Shown here piece by piece: positions 27,036 to 36,802 of a stretch of DNA of 64,000 bases. The DNA comes from a virus (Duplodnaviria > Caudoviricetes), in IMG/VR virus record IMGVR_UViG_3300038828_000048, positions 32,001 to 96,000 of that record. The stretch is one strand, 5' to 3'. The translations under genes were made by a program, and so were the position numbers. The stretch's first letter is position 1. Each line of letters begins with the position of its first letter. Under the pieces are notes generated by a model. The model was not told where the DNA came from, made no database searches, and worked only from the letters and a program-made list of their open reading frames with translations.

Positions 27036-29063
27036 ATGATACAACCTAATAGTATAAGTATTATAAATTCAATAGTTGTTTGGTCTGGTAAAGTTACAAA
27101 CGGTAATACTCAAAATAATGGAGTAAATATACATTTTGATATACCGAATGATTTTGAATTAGTTTATCAACCTACTTTAACAAAAGGAGTATATAATAAT
27201 ATAACATCTACTGTTATAGTAGATATGTCTCCTAATGAAGTTATTGATTTTAATTTTGTTTTAAAACTAGCCAATACAACCCAAGGGTTTAATTATAATT
27301 ATCACTTTATCGCTAGTGTTACTGGTTTAGATACAATATCTACAAATAATATTTTAGATGATATAGTTAATTATAATACAGCAGCTTGTGGTCCATTAGG
27401 AGGAGGAGTGGAAGATTTTTTTGGTTGTTTATGTATAGACGTATCACTTAACGATACTCCTTGCACAGAAGGTACATCTCAATGGGTATTAAATGCATTA
27501 AGTGTTGTAAATTCTAATTCATATAGATGGGATGCAAATACTGGTAAAGGTAGTTTTACACCAATTGATCCGTCAAAACCTGTAACTGGTACTTATAAAC
27601 TTAATTGTATAAATGGATTATCTGTTGTAGAAGTAAGTTGTGGTGTTCCTTTTACAATTTATCCACAATTAGAAAGCAAAAAAATATTTGATCATAAAGT
27701 TGGTTATAAGTGTGGTGTTGATTTAACAGAAGCAGAAATTATCGTACTTCAATCACAAACACAATATGCATTATTAGATAGTAATGAAATTAGATCTTAT
27801 TGTTGGGATATAATATTAAACAATGACGGAGAAATTGTCGGTGGATTTGCATTAACTTGTAATGAAAAACAAAACACTAGAACTTTTTTTGAATGTAGTA
27901 TAGAAGAATGTGTTGTTATAGATCCACCATGTCCAGATTGTAGTGGAAATCCACAAGGAGATTTACCATCTGATGTATATACAGTAATAAGTGCTTATGA
28001 AGATTATTCTCCAGAAATAGGAGATATAGTATATGTATCACATCCTTTACATAACGCTATTTATAAATGGAATGGGAGTCAATGGAAAATATGGGATTGT
28101 GGATGCCAAGCTAAACCAATAAATGTAGTAGGTTTTGCAATTACAGGTACTACTACTAAAACAGCAACTATTACATTAAGTAATGGCACTACTTTAGAAG
28201 CTGTATTTGATGATATAGACACTGACACAGATACTGATACTAATACTACTTACACATTAGACGATACAACTACTCCAGGTACAATATACCTAAAAGATAA
28301 CACAGGTGCTATTATAAGCACAGTAGTGTTACCTACAGCATCAGGTGATAACTGGGGAACACAAGTAATACAACATGCAGTGGGTAGTGCATCAAGTGGT
28401 GGCGGTACAATATTAGATCCGTTATTAGTAGAAAAATGTTTACCTATAGACTTATTTATACCACCCTTTATAACTGATGTTGGAAATAGTGCCGTATTAA
28501 ATGTTTCTGGTATAACTAATGTAGATACATTGTGGAATACATGGATATGGCAAGCAGCAATAAATTATATACCAGCTATAACACCAAATCCTACGTGGAC
28601 AGATGTACAAACAGGTGGGGTAACTTATACGGTTGGAACAGATGATACAATAGTAAGAGTAGTTCTTACAGATGGTAACTGTACATGGTGGTCGAATGAG
28701 AGTGGATATGAACATGCATTTGATGTTATAGAATGTCCTATTAGATTAGAGGCATTTCTGGGATCAAATGTGGATGTATTCCCTGTAATAACGGGACCAA
28801 ATAATATAGAATATAAAACAAATAATTCTCCAATAAGGCCAGTACTCGCACCCCCGTATTCTCCAAATTCTTTTATATTTCAAGAACTTGGGAATCTTGC
28901 AGGTGGACCCGCATTTACCTGGACAGATGTGCAAACTGGCGAAGATCCAGCATCAGATATATTAAAATATGTTGGGGGAGATGGAAAATTTTACAGAATA
29001 AAATATACACATACTGATGGATGTGTATATTATTCAAATATAGTAGGAACGTATTTTGCATAA
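27036..29063 (+). CDS. Tail fibre/spike-like structural protein
   Basis: Thr-rich, DTDTDTNTTY linker, GDNWGTQV motif, two TWTDVQTG modules. Confidence 0.7.
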   Translation: MIQPNSISIINSIVVWSGKVTNGNTQNNGVNIHFDIPNDFELVYQPTLTKGVYNNITSTVIVDMSPNEVIDFNFVLKLANTTQGFNYNYHFIASVTGLDTISTNNILDDIVNYNTAACGPLGGGVEDFFGCLCIDVSLNDTPCTEGTSQWVLNALSVVNSNSYRWDANTGKGSFTPIDPSKPVTGTYKLNCINGLSVVEVSCGVPFTIYPQLESKKIFDHKVGYKCGVDLTEAEIIVLQSQTQYALLDSNEIRSYCWDIILNNDGEIVGGFALTCNEKQNTRTFFECSIEECVVIDPPCPDCSGNPQGDLPSDVYTVISAYEDYSPEIGDIVYVSHPLHNAIYKWNGSQWKIWDCGCQAKPINVVGFAITGTTTKTATITLSNGTTLEAVFDDIDTDTDTDTNTTYTLDDTTTPGTIYLKDNTGAIISTVVLPTASGDNWGTQVIQHAVGSASSGGGTILDPLLVEKCLPIDLFIPPFITDVGNSAVLNVSGITNVDTLWNTWIWQAAINYIPAITPNPTWTDVQTGGVTYTVGTDDTIVRVVLTDGNCTWWSNESGYEHAFDVIECPIRLEAFLGSNVDVFPVITGPNNIEYKTNNSPIRPVLAPPYSPNSFIFQELGNLAGGPAFTWTDVQTGEDPASDILKYVGGDGKFYRIKYTHTDGCVYYSNIVGTYFA

Positions 29064-29077
29064 AATAAAAAACCGCA

Positions 29078-29836
29078 ATGTCACAACTAACAGATAAGCA
29101 TTTAACAGATATAAGCGATGGTGTAAGATCCATCAATAATAAATTGTGTGAAAATGGTTCTTCTGCATCACAAGTAGAAGTTATTAACGATTGTACAAAA
29201 CCTATTCCTGTATTCTTTTGTAATACAGAAACAAAATTGGATCCTGAAGTAGTATGTTTATCTAATGATGGTGGGGTTTCTATAATTAAAGGATGGGAAG
29301 TATTTGATGTAAGTACAAACCCACCAACAAGTAAGTTTTATATTGGTGGAGTAGAAGTTACAGGATATAGTGTAATACCATGTTCTTCAAACATAAAAGA
29401 TAGAGAAATTATTACTGTCTGTGTAGATGGTAAAGAATGGACTAAAGTAATTGTATTTGAAGCTGACTTGCCCGTAAGTTTTTTATGGTTAGATGAAACA
29501 GATGCTCCAGTAGCAACCCCAGATCCATTATTAATAAATAATATTAAATGTTTACCTTTACAACAAATAGGAATAGAACAGTATTCTGGATTAAGTAACA
29601 CAACACAAAATTCAACATTTAGTGCTAATGAAGTTACTATAACTTACGATACATCTACTTTTACTACATCCCCATTGACTATTACTTTAATATCTAGTAA
29701 TGCATTGGGTAGTAAAGAATTTAAGGTTCAACCCAATACTCAAGAAACTCGAAAATTTAAGTATCCAGTTATAACAGGAGTTATTATATCAGGAGCAGTT
29801 GATAGTAATGTAACAGTAGAATTTCAATTGAATTAA
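29078..29836 (+). CDS. Structural/fibre-associated protein
   Basis: 252 aa, beta-rich, in the fibre cluster. Confidence 0.6.
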   Translation: MSQLTDKHLTDISDGVRSINNKLCENGSSASQVEVINDCTKPIPVFFCNTETKLDPEVVCLSNDGGVSIIKGWEVFDVSTNPPTSKFYIGGVEVTGYSVIPCSSNIKDREIITVCVDGKEWTKVIVFEADLPVSFLWLDETDAPVATPDPLLINNIKCLPLQQIGIEQYSGLSNTTQNSTFSANEVTITYDTSTFTTSPLTITLISSNALGSKEFKVQPNTQETRKFKYPVITGVIISGAVDSNVTVEFQLN

Positions 29837-29856
29837 TTTTAAATATAATATATAAT

Positions 29857-30134
29857 ATGACGACTCATAATTTAATAAAAGATACAGAAGTAGCTGTACG
29901 CCAATGTCTTCAAATCATTAATATTGCAACTAAAGCAGTTATATCATCTTGGGAAAAGGTGATTTTAGTACAGGAACAGTAACTATATTAGGTACTAGTA
30001 GTAATATTCAAGCACTTACTGGTACTGTTGGAGCAACTACATCTTTAGGGGCACACTCAGCAGCAGGGTTAGGATTACGACATTCATTTACAGCTGTTAG
30101 TATTGGGGGTGTTGGTGTTTGGATGAGAATTTGA
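29857..30134 (+). pseudogene. Frameshifted small gene (or programmed -1 frameshift)
   Basis: The ATG 29857 frame ends after 41 aa; the -1 frame continues from TGG GAA AAG as GDFSTGTVT...WMRI to TGA 30134. Confidence 0.5.
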
Positions 30135-30168
30135 TTTTCTTATTTAAAATAAAATAAAATACAAAAAG

Positions 30169-30363
30169 ATGTATGAAATTAGAGATAATAAAATAGTAAA
30201 GATAGATTTAATAGAAGTTATTGATGATATAACATCATAATCTATAATAATTGAGATACAATCTATAAATGATACTATCTCTAATTTAACAGATAAAGTA
30301 ACTAAATTAAATGATGATTTAAAAATAGTCATTGATTTAGAGAATCAATTAAATAATAAATAA
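30169..30363 (+). pseudogene. Small coiled-coil gene with an in-frame TAA
   Basis: MYEIRDNKIVKIDLIEVIDDITS*SIIIEIQSINDTISNLTDKVTKLNDDLKIVIDLENQLNNK*; internal stop at 30238-30240. Confidence 0.55.
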
Positions 30364-30373
30364 AGAAAAAGAA

Positions 30374-32713
30374 ATGAGAAGTTGTGGACGAGTAATTTTT
30401 GAGTATAATAATACACCTTGTAATTGTGTTACATCAGAAACAATTAGTGGATTATATATAAACGGAGGTGCAAATTTTCCATCAAATGCAGCTAATAATT
30501 CGTTACATTTTGTAAAATATGACGATAATGTTGTTGTTTATAAAAAAACAAATACTGGTTGGATAGAAGTGCAAAATTATTCAATAGGTGGTAGTGATAC
30601 CGATACTATTATAAGATTTGTTGAAATATTACCTAGTGGAGAATGGAAGTGGGAAGTATTTGATGTGGTGAATAATGTTGTTATATCGAATTTTAATACA
30701 CCACCTGTAATTGCACAAATACAATCGTTTGAAGAACAAAATGTAAATTATACTGGAACACAATTGCCGATTTCTCCAGGAATAAATATAGGAGATACAA
30801 AAAGAGTAAAGTTCTCTAATTTTGTATATGTAAATTATACATGGGATGGTACAATTTGGGTTAAAAAATATCACGAATGGAATCCTTATACTGAATCATA
30901 TTGGGATGATACTATGCTTTGTGAACCCATTGGTGCGATAAATAGTGGTGATGTATATGTAGCACAATATGGAGTAGGTTTTATAGGTATAGATCCACAA
31001 TATATACCAGAAAACGGTGTTATAATAGTAACTAATTCATGTGGTAAACTACACCTACACTGGGATGGTACTAATTTAATTTTTGATGGTTTTCAAAAAA
31101 TAGAAGAATGGTATGAAAAGAGAATATGTCTAAACACAGCAACACCACCATTTACACCAGTAGATCCTAATAACCCTACTATTACAGAAGTAGAAGCGTG
31201 GAAAAATACTAACTTATCTCTACTAGACCAACAGAATGGTACAATATTAACATATTATGATCCTACTCCTATATATACTATACAACCAACGTTAACTATT
31301 AATAACCCTAATTCAGGATTTTCAGTATATTCATATAGAATTACATCATGTATAATAAATAGTACAGAGTTGTTAACAGCTCCTATTGATGTGTGGATAG
31401 CAAATTCTTATGTATATATAGGTCAAATAGGTACTCTTATTAGAAATTATTTTACTAGCAATAATATAATAGGACAAGTAGATGATGGTGCATTTGGTGA
31501 AACAAATGATGTTTTTATATATGGAGTTCAAGGAAGTACGTTAAGTTTTTCAATGACTACCGAATATAGCTTAGATGTAACTCCTACTACATTCGTAACA
31601 ACAACTGTTTCGGGTACTACTACAGCAACATTAGCTCCACAAGTATATGATTGTAATACCCCTTTATACACATTTATTTTAAATAAAAATAATACTATAT
31701 CTAAAATATCACAACCAGAATCTTTGTTTTTTAAAGAACAAACTATTATTGATGCTGGTGTAGATAAATATGGAAGAATATATCGATATGGTTATATAGG
31801 TATAGGTATGAATAGACCTAAAGCACCTTTGCATATATTGGGTTTAGGTGATTCATCAGAACCTTATTTATCAGATGCAGCAATATATATAGGCGGAAAT
31901 GGGAAAAAAATTTATTGGGGGGATAACTTTAAAACTCCTGAAAGTGGAATTAATGTACATAATTTGTCTTTAGGAGAATGGAACGGAGATAGTGACGCTT
32001 TTGCTTTCCACGCTAAAACTGGGCATAGATTTTATCTAAAAGCTTCAGCGTGGGATGATAATAATTCAACTCAATATCCTGCTTTCTTTATTAGGAATGC
32101 TGTGTCAGGTGCAAGTAATGTGGGTAAAATTGGTCTTAATACTAACAATCCTAGAGTTTCAGTAGATTTTGGGAAGCTTACCAACCCTGATGGAGTAATT
32201 GCTAACAAGGATGGTATGATAATTCCAGGAGGTACTATTGCAGAAAGACCATCAACTCCTGTAGAATCTACGATTAGATATAATTCAGATTCCAAATGTA
32301 TAGAATATTATGATGGAGTTAGTTGGAAATCAGATTGTAAACCATACAAGATATATACCGCATTATTATCTCAAACTGGAACTAATGCCCCTGTTGCAAC
32401 AGTTCTGGAGAATGATTTATATAATCCTGTTACAATTACAAGATTATTCGCAGGTTCATATACCATAGACTGTATAGATTTTATAGTAGGCAAAGTTCAT
32501 ATATCTGGGGCAACAGATTGGAATGGCTCTGGAAGTACAGTAATCCCATTGTGGGATGAATCTCAAATAATAGGTTATTTAGAAATATATTGTAATCAGA
32601 GTTCTGGTAAAATTGGATTTGAAGTATTTAATGCGGCATTCACAAGAATTGATTGGAGTGTGTTAATGGGGGCATCTAATTTAAACTTCCCTGAAATTAA
32701 AGTATATCCGTAA
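30374..32713 (+). CDS. Tail fibre / receptor-binding protein
   Basis: GYIGIG..RPKAPLHI, GKIGLNTNNP, PGGTIAERP...IRYNSD...EYYDG.SW and YKIYTALLSQTGTNAP are fibre-type motifs. Confidence 0.8.
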   Translation: MRSCGRVIFEYNNTPCNCVTSETISGLYINGGANFPSNAANNSLHFVKYDDNVVVYKKTNTGWIEVQNYSIGGSDTDTIIRFVEILPSGEWKWEVFDVVNNVVISNFNTPPVIAQIQSFEEQNVNYTGTQLPISPGINIGDTKRVKFSNFVYVNYTWDGTIWVKKYHEWNPYTESYWDDTMLCEPIGAINSGDVYVAQYGVGFIGIDPQYIPENGVIIVTNSCGKLHLHWDGTNLIFDGFQKIEEWYEKRICLNTATPPFTPVDPNNPTITEVEAWKNTNLSLLDQQNGTILTYYDPTPIYTIQPTLTINNPNSGFSVYSYRITSCIINSTELLTAPIDVWIANSYVYIGQIGTLIRNYFTSNNIIGQVDDGAFGETNDVFIYGVQGSTLSFSMTTEYSLDVTPTTFVTTTVSGTTTATLAPQVYDCNTPLYTFILNKNNTISKISQPESLFFKEQTIIDAGVDKYGRIYRYGYIGIGMNRPKAPLHILGLGDSSEPYLSDAAIYIGGNGKKIYWGDNFKTPESGINVHNLSLGEWNGDSDAFAFHAKTGHRFYLKASAWDDNNSTQYPAFFIRNAVSGASNVGKIGLNTNNPRVSVDFGKLTNPDGVIANKDGMIIPGGTIAERPSTPVESTIRYNSDSKCIEYYDGVSWKSDCKPYKIYTALLSQTGTNAPVATVLENDLYNPVTITRLFAGSYTIDCIDFIVGKVHISGATDWNGSGSTVIPLWDESQIIGYLEIYCNQSSGKIGFEVFNAAFTRIDWSVLMGASNLNFPEIKVYP

Positions 32714-33061
32714 ATGTTAATATTAGTCTTCACATTATTATCTGCCATCTACGACAAAGGCAAACGTTTTGAAGATCACAAACTAAGATTTATATTCAGG
32801 GCGGTTATAGTGGCTTTAATTAGCTTAATAGGTGCAGATAGTATGTATGAGTATATAGTAAATTTTGCTTTCAACACAGCTATCTTTTATGCTTTATTTG
32901 ATTATATATTAAATATTTTAGAGTGTAGAGATTGGAATTATATAGGAAGTACAGCAACTATAGATAAAATAACAAATAAATACGGGGATTGGAAAATACA
33001 ACTATTATTTAAAATATTGTTAATAACAGTTACATTTATATTAAAATTTAAAACAATTTAA
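32714..33061 (+). CDS. Multi-pass membrane protein
   Basis: Several hydrophobic helices; FDYILN...YIGSTA.IDK. Confidence 0.7.
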   Translation: MLILVFTLLSAIYDKGKRFEDHKLRFIFRAVIVALISLIGADSMYEYIVNFAFNTAIFYALFDYILNILECRDWNYIGSTATIDKITNKYGDWKIQLLFKILLITVTFILKFKTI

Positions 33062-33062
33062 A

Positions 33063-33254
33063 ATGAATACATTTAGTAAAATTTTAGGATCTTGGGAATT
33101 TTGGGTAATGGTTGGTTTGTTTGCTCTAGGTTATGGATTAATGTCAAAAATCGAAAGTTTAGCAACTCATAAAGATACGCTATTACCAATATTAGGATTT
33201 CTTCCTATAGTAGCAATATGGTATATAGTTTTTGTTAAACCAACTAAAGAATAA
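33063..33254 (+). CDS. Small 2-TM membrane protein
   Basis: Two hydrophobic helices in 63 aa. Confidence 0.7.
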   Translation: MNTFSKILGSWEFWVMVGLFALGYGLMSKIESLATHKDTLLPILGFLPIVAIWYIVFVKPTKE

Positions 33255-33260
33255 TAAATC

Positions 33261-33911
33261 ATGGAAAAATATTCAGTTATATTATTTATAGTAATCGTAG
33301 TCGGTTCTATCTTTTTTAAATCATGCACTAAAGATGATAGTGATATACAATATGTATCAGCTAATACAACGAGTGTTAATGATACATTTGTAAATTTAGA
33401 AGTTAGTACTAGGTATGGTATTACATCGAAAGCAGAAGTATTATTTTTACAATCGGCTACGACAAGTAATTATAGATTTGATAGTTTATTGCATGTATAT
33501 GTAGCTTATAATGCAGAAAAAATAGACAGTTTCGTGCTAGATCAAGTTAGTCCATCTCATGCGTTTATTTATTATACAAACATCGATAAATTCGATGCTG
33601 CAAATTATAATATTCAAATTATATTTAAAGATGGCACTGTTGAGTTTTTACGAGGATTTCTTGCACCATATAAGGGTAGTCACTATGTTTATAAACCAGA
33701 TCCAGACAAAGATCTTTTTTATAAAAGTAAAGCAACAAAACTCATATATAAACAAAAAAAAGCATATAGTCCACAAGAACTTCATCATATAGATTATACA
33801 ACTAAAATTCATGTATGGGAAACATATAAGGATAATATAATGATATCTAAAAAAGAACTACAACCAACTAGAATAACGGATTATGAATTTACATTAGATA
33901 ATAGACCTTAA
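33261..33911 (+). CDS. Putative lipoprotein
   Basis: Hydrophobic N-terminus then FKSC|TKDD, a lipobox-like Cys followed by a Lys/Asp patch. Confidence 0.55.
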   Translation: MEKYSVILFIVIVVGSIFFKSCTKDDSDIQYVSANTTSVNDTFVNLEVSTRYGITSKAEVLFLQSATTSNYRFDSLLHVYVAYNAEKIDSFVLDQVSPSHAFIYYTNIDKFDAANYNIQIIFKDGTVEFLRGFLAPYKGSHYVYKPDPDKDLFYKSKATKLIYKQKKAYSPQELHHIDYTTKIHVWETYKDNIMISKKELQPTRITDYEFTLDNRP

Positions 33912-33923
33912 ATTTAATCATTA

Positions 33924-34409
33924 ATGAGACCTCTTTTGATAGATATATTTCATCTAAAAAATTCCGATTCTGTGTTTATAAGATTGATATTAAGTATTAT
34001 TGGCGCTATAATAGGATATTTTACAAATATGATAAATGAAAATAGTAATGCTTTTGTAGCAATCGGATTGGTAGTATTTGCGGATTTTGGTGCAGGGATT
34101 TTCAAAGCTATTTACACAAATACGTTTGAAATAAAAAAAGCATTAAAAGTGGTTTGGTATTTTGGAGCATATAGTGTACTTTTAGCAATTATGTTGAGTA
34201 TTGAAAAAGGCTTTCAATATGCTTCGTGGATATCAGAAGCAGTAATGTTACCGATTATTATATTTCAAATAATATCGATGTTAAAAAACCTTTCTATTAT
34301 TGGTATAATACCTAAAGGTGTTTTATTAAAAATTTTAGAAAACATCGATAATTATAAAGATAATGTAACCAATATTAATAGTGATATTAATACCGATACA
34401 TTACAATAA
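33924..34409 (+). CDS. Holin (phage holin family 4-like)
   Basis: 3-4 TM helices; FADFGAGIFKA and ISMLKNL..IG motifs; directly before the endolysin. Confidence 0.85.
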   Translation: MRPLLIDIFHLKNSDSVFIRLILSIIGAIIGYFTNMINENSNAFVAIGLVVFADFGAGIFKAIYTNTFEIKKALKVVWYFGAYSVLLAIMLSIEKGFQYASWISEAVMLPIIIFQIISMLKNLSIIGIIPKGVLLKILENIDNYKDNVTNINSDINTDTLQ

Positions 34410-34416
34410 AGATGTT

Positions 34417-34986
34417 ATGGATAATATATCATTAGAACGAATAAATACTTTACATCCTAAATTAAGAGATAAAGCAAAAAAGGATTATCTTGATGCAAAC
34501 AATCTTCTTGGTAAGAATGTAAGATTAAGAATATCTTATGCTAAGAGAAGTTTTGCTGAACAAGCAGCATTATATGCACAAGGTAGAGAAACTCTAGGAG
34601 AGATCAATAGATTACGTCATATAGCAAAGATGCAACCTATTGGTTTCTCTGAATCTCGGAATAAAGTAACAAATGCTAAAGCAGGAGAAAGTTATCATAA
34701 CTATGCGCTTGCTTTTGATATTGTTCTATTGTATGATAAAAACAGTGATGGAATATTTGAAGAAGCATCTTGGGATTTAAAAAGAGATGGTGATAGAGAT
34801 GGTATAGCAGATTGGATCGAAGTTACTAAACTTTTTACAGAAAGAGGTTGGGTTAATGGATTTTGGACCAATGGTAAACATTGGGATAAACCACATTTTC
34901 AATATACATTTGGATTAACTATAAAACAACTACAAGCAAAATATAATCATGCTGATTTTATAAGCAATGATTATGTAAAAATATAA
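34417..34986 (+). CDS. Endolysin, M15 family L-Ala-D-Glu peptidase
   Basis: RSFAEQAALYAQGR, VTNAKAGESYHNYALAFD (SxHxxxxAxD) and DKPHFQ; ATG 34417 preferred. Confidence 0.92.
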   Translation: MDNISLERINTLHPKLRDKAKKDYLDANNLLGKNVRLRISYAKRSFAEQAALYAQGRETLGEINRLRHIAKMQPIGFSESRNKVTNAKAGESYHNYALAFDIVLLYDKNSDGIFEEASWDLKRDGDRDGIADWIEVTKLFTERGWVNGFWTNGKHWDKPHFQYTFGLTIKQLQAKYNHADFISNDYVKI

Positions 34987-35006
34987 ACTTTAATAAAATA
35001 TCTGAG

Positions 35007-35378
35007 ATGATTAATAAAAAAAAGTGGTATAGTGAGTGGTGGGTTAAATTACTCATTGGTATAATTATTATCTTTATTATATATAAGTTAATATCTCCTA
35101 TAATATCTGAATTTAATGTAAATAAAGAATTACAAGATATTATTATCGAAAAGGATAAACAAATAAGAACTAAAGATAGTATTATTCAAAATTCAAAAGA
35201 TAAAATTGTAGAAATTAGACGAATAAGAGAGAAAATTAATGTTAATCTTACCGAAGATGAATTAGAAAAACTCTTTATTCAATTTAATTCTTATAAAAAA
35301 AATAATAATCCGATAATCGACACAACAATTTCTATTGATAAATTATTTTATTATATTGATGAGAATTTAAAAAAATAA
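35007..35378 (+). CDS. Spanin-like membrane-anchored coiled-coil protein
   Basis: N-terminal TM plus coiled coil, after the endolysin. Confidence 0.55.
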   Translation: MINKKKWYSEWWVKLLIGIIIIFIIYKLISPIISEFNVNKELQDIIIEKDKQIRTKDSIIQNSKDKIVEIRRIREKINVNLTEDELEKLFIQFNSYKKNNNPIIDTTISIDKLFYYIDENLKK

Positions 35379-35385
35379 ACAAAAC

Positions 35386-35850
35386 ATGAAATATTTGTTA
35401 ATCATTCTTCTTTTTCTAATATCTACTACTTCTATATATTCTCAAGGGAATTATAGTGATTCTACTTATATATTAAATTATCAGCAATCAATAAACTATT
35501 ATAAAAACAATGAATTGTTTAAATACAAGGTTGGTAATCTAGAACATCAATTGGAACTATTACATAAAATTATTGATAAACAGAACGCTATAAATGAAGA
35601 ATTAACTAAACGAGATTCTCTTTATAAAATTGAAATTGATAATTATAAAATTATGGAAGAATCTTTTTATGAAAGAAATAATCATACCACTGATATAATA
35701 AATACCTATAAATTAGGTAATACAATAAGCGAAAATAATATTAAAAGTTTGCAACAACAGTTAAAAAAGCAAAAATTTGTTACTGGGGTTTATAAAGTAG
35801 GAACTATCTCGTTAGCAGCATTACTAGTTTATGTAATAATTAAACCATAG
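35386..35850 (+). CDS. Spanin-like protein (signal peptide, coiled coil, C-terminal TM)
   Basis: MKYLLIILLFLISTTSIYSQ signal; coiled coil; C-terminal hydrophobic anchor. Confidence 0.55.
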   Translation: MKYLLIILLFLISTTSIYSQGNYSDSTYILNYQQSINYYKNNELFKYKVGNLEHQLELLHKIIDKQNAINEELTKRDSLYKIEIDNYKIMEESFYERNNHTTDIINTYKLGNTISENNIKSLQQQLKKQKFVTGVYKVGTISLAALLVYVIIKP

Positions 35851-35853
35851 GTT

Positions 35854-36177
35854 ATGAAATATAGTAAAAAGATTGATTTATTAAAAAATAGATTCAAAAC
35901 ATCTTTCAAGTTTGTTGGTTTTTTTATGAACGATATATTATTAATAATAATATCAACAATTATTTTATTAATTTTTTTGTTTACTATAAGACAATCAGAT
36001 TTATTATATAATATTATTAAATCTATATTATTGTTAAGCTTTGTTGTCAACATTTGGTGTTATATCGATAATAAATTTATTTATAAATCTTTAAATAAAG
36101 AACCCAAAGGATTTGTTTTATTAATTCTATTGGGTTTATGTTTTTGTTTTAAAGCATATGTTAATAGTATTATATAA
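35854..36177 (+). CDS. 3-TM membrane protein
   Basis: Three hydrophobic helices. Confidence 0.6.
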   Translation: MKYSKKIDLLKNRFKTSFKFVGFFMNDILLIIISTIILLIFLFTIRQSDLLYNIIKSILLLSFVVNIWCYIDNKFIYKSLNKEPKGFVLLILLGLCFCFKAYVNSII

Positions 36178-36199
36178 TAAAGGGAGAATAAATTAAGTA

Positions 36200-36802
36200 A
36201 TGAATCAGTTAACAAATCAATTATATCAAAATATATATTCACTATCAAATAATATACTTAATAGTTTATATTACGATATGTGTTTTGATGATACTGATTT
36301 AAATAAATATATATTAATTTCCAAAGTAACATGTAATAAAAATACAACTCCGTGTGAAAAAACTTTAGATTCTTTAGTAGAGAAGATAGGAATGTTTTGT
36401 AAAAAATCATATGTTCCTAATATGGTTGATGTGATAAAAGATGCATCTATCGAATTTTATATGAAAAATCCAGAATGTACACCTTTACCTTTATGGCAAA
36501 TAATTAGAGATAGGTTATCTTTCCAATATAAACTAAAGATCGAGATTAAGAATATAAATGTTCAAAAACATATACTAACATCGTATATTAATAATAATAT
36601 CAAAGATGCTCCTCCAAATCTTTTAGTTAAGATAAAACCTTCTAAAAATAATAACAAGATTTCTATAACTCAGAAATCAATAAAAAGAGATAACTTTGAT
36701 CCCATATTATCAATTAAATCTTTTTCAAAAGATCTAAAAGATAGCGATTTAAAAATAAAAGTTAAAGAAAATATTATTCATATTTCAGATTGTAACATAT
36801 GA
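36200..36802 (+). CDS. Hypothetical structural protein (second tail-hub candidate)
   Basis: 200 aa; ATGA-coupled to the giant Cys-rich gene. Confidence 0.55.
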   Translation: MNQLTNQLYQNIYSLSNNILNSLYYDMCFDDTDLNKYILISKVTCNKNTTPCEKTLDSLVEKIGMFCKKSYVPNMVDVIKDASIEFYMKNPECTPLPLWQIIRDRLSFQYKLKIEIKNINVQKHILTSYINNNIKDAPPNLLVKIKPSKNNNKISITQKSIKRDNFDPILSIKSFSKDLKDSDLKIKVKENIIHISDCNI

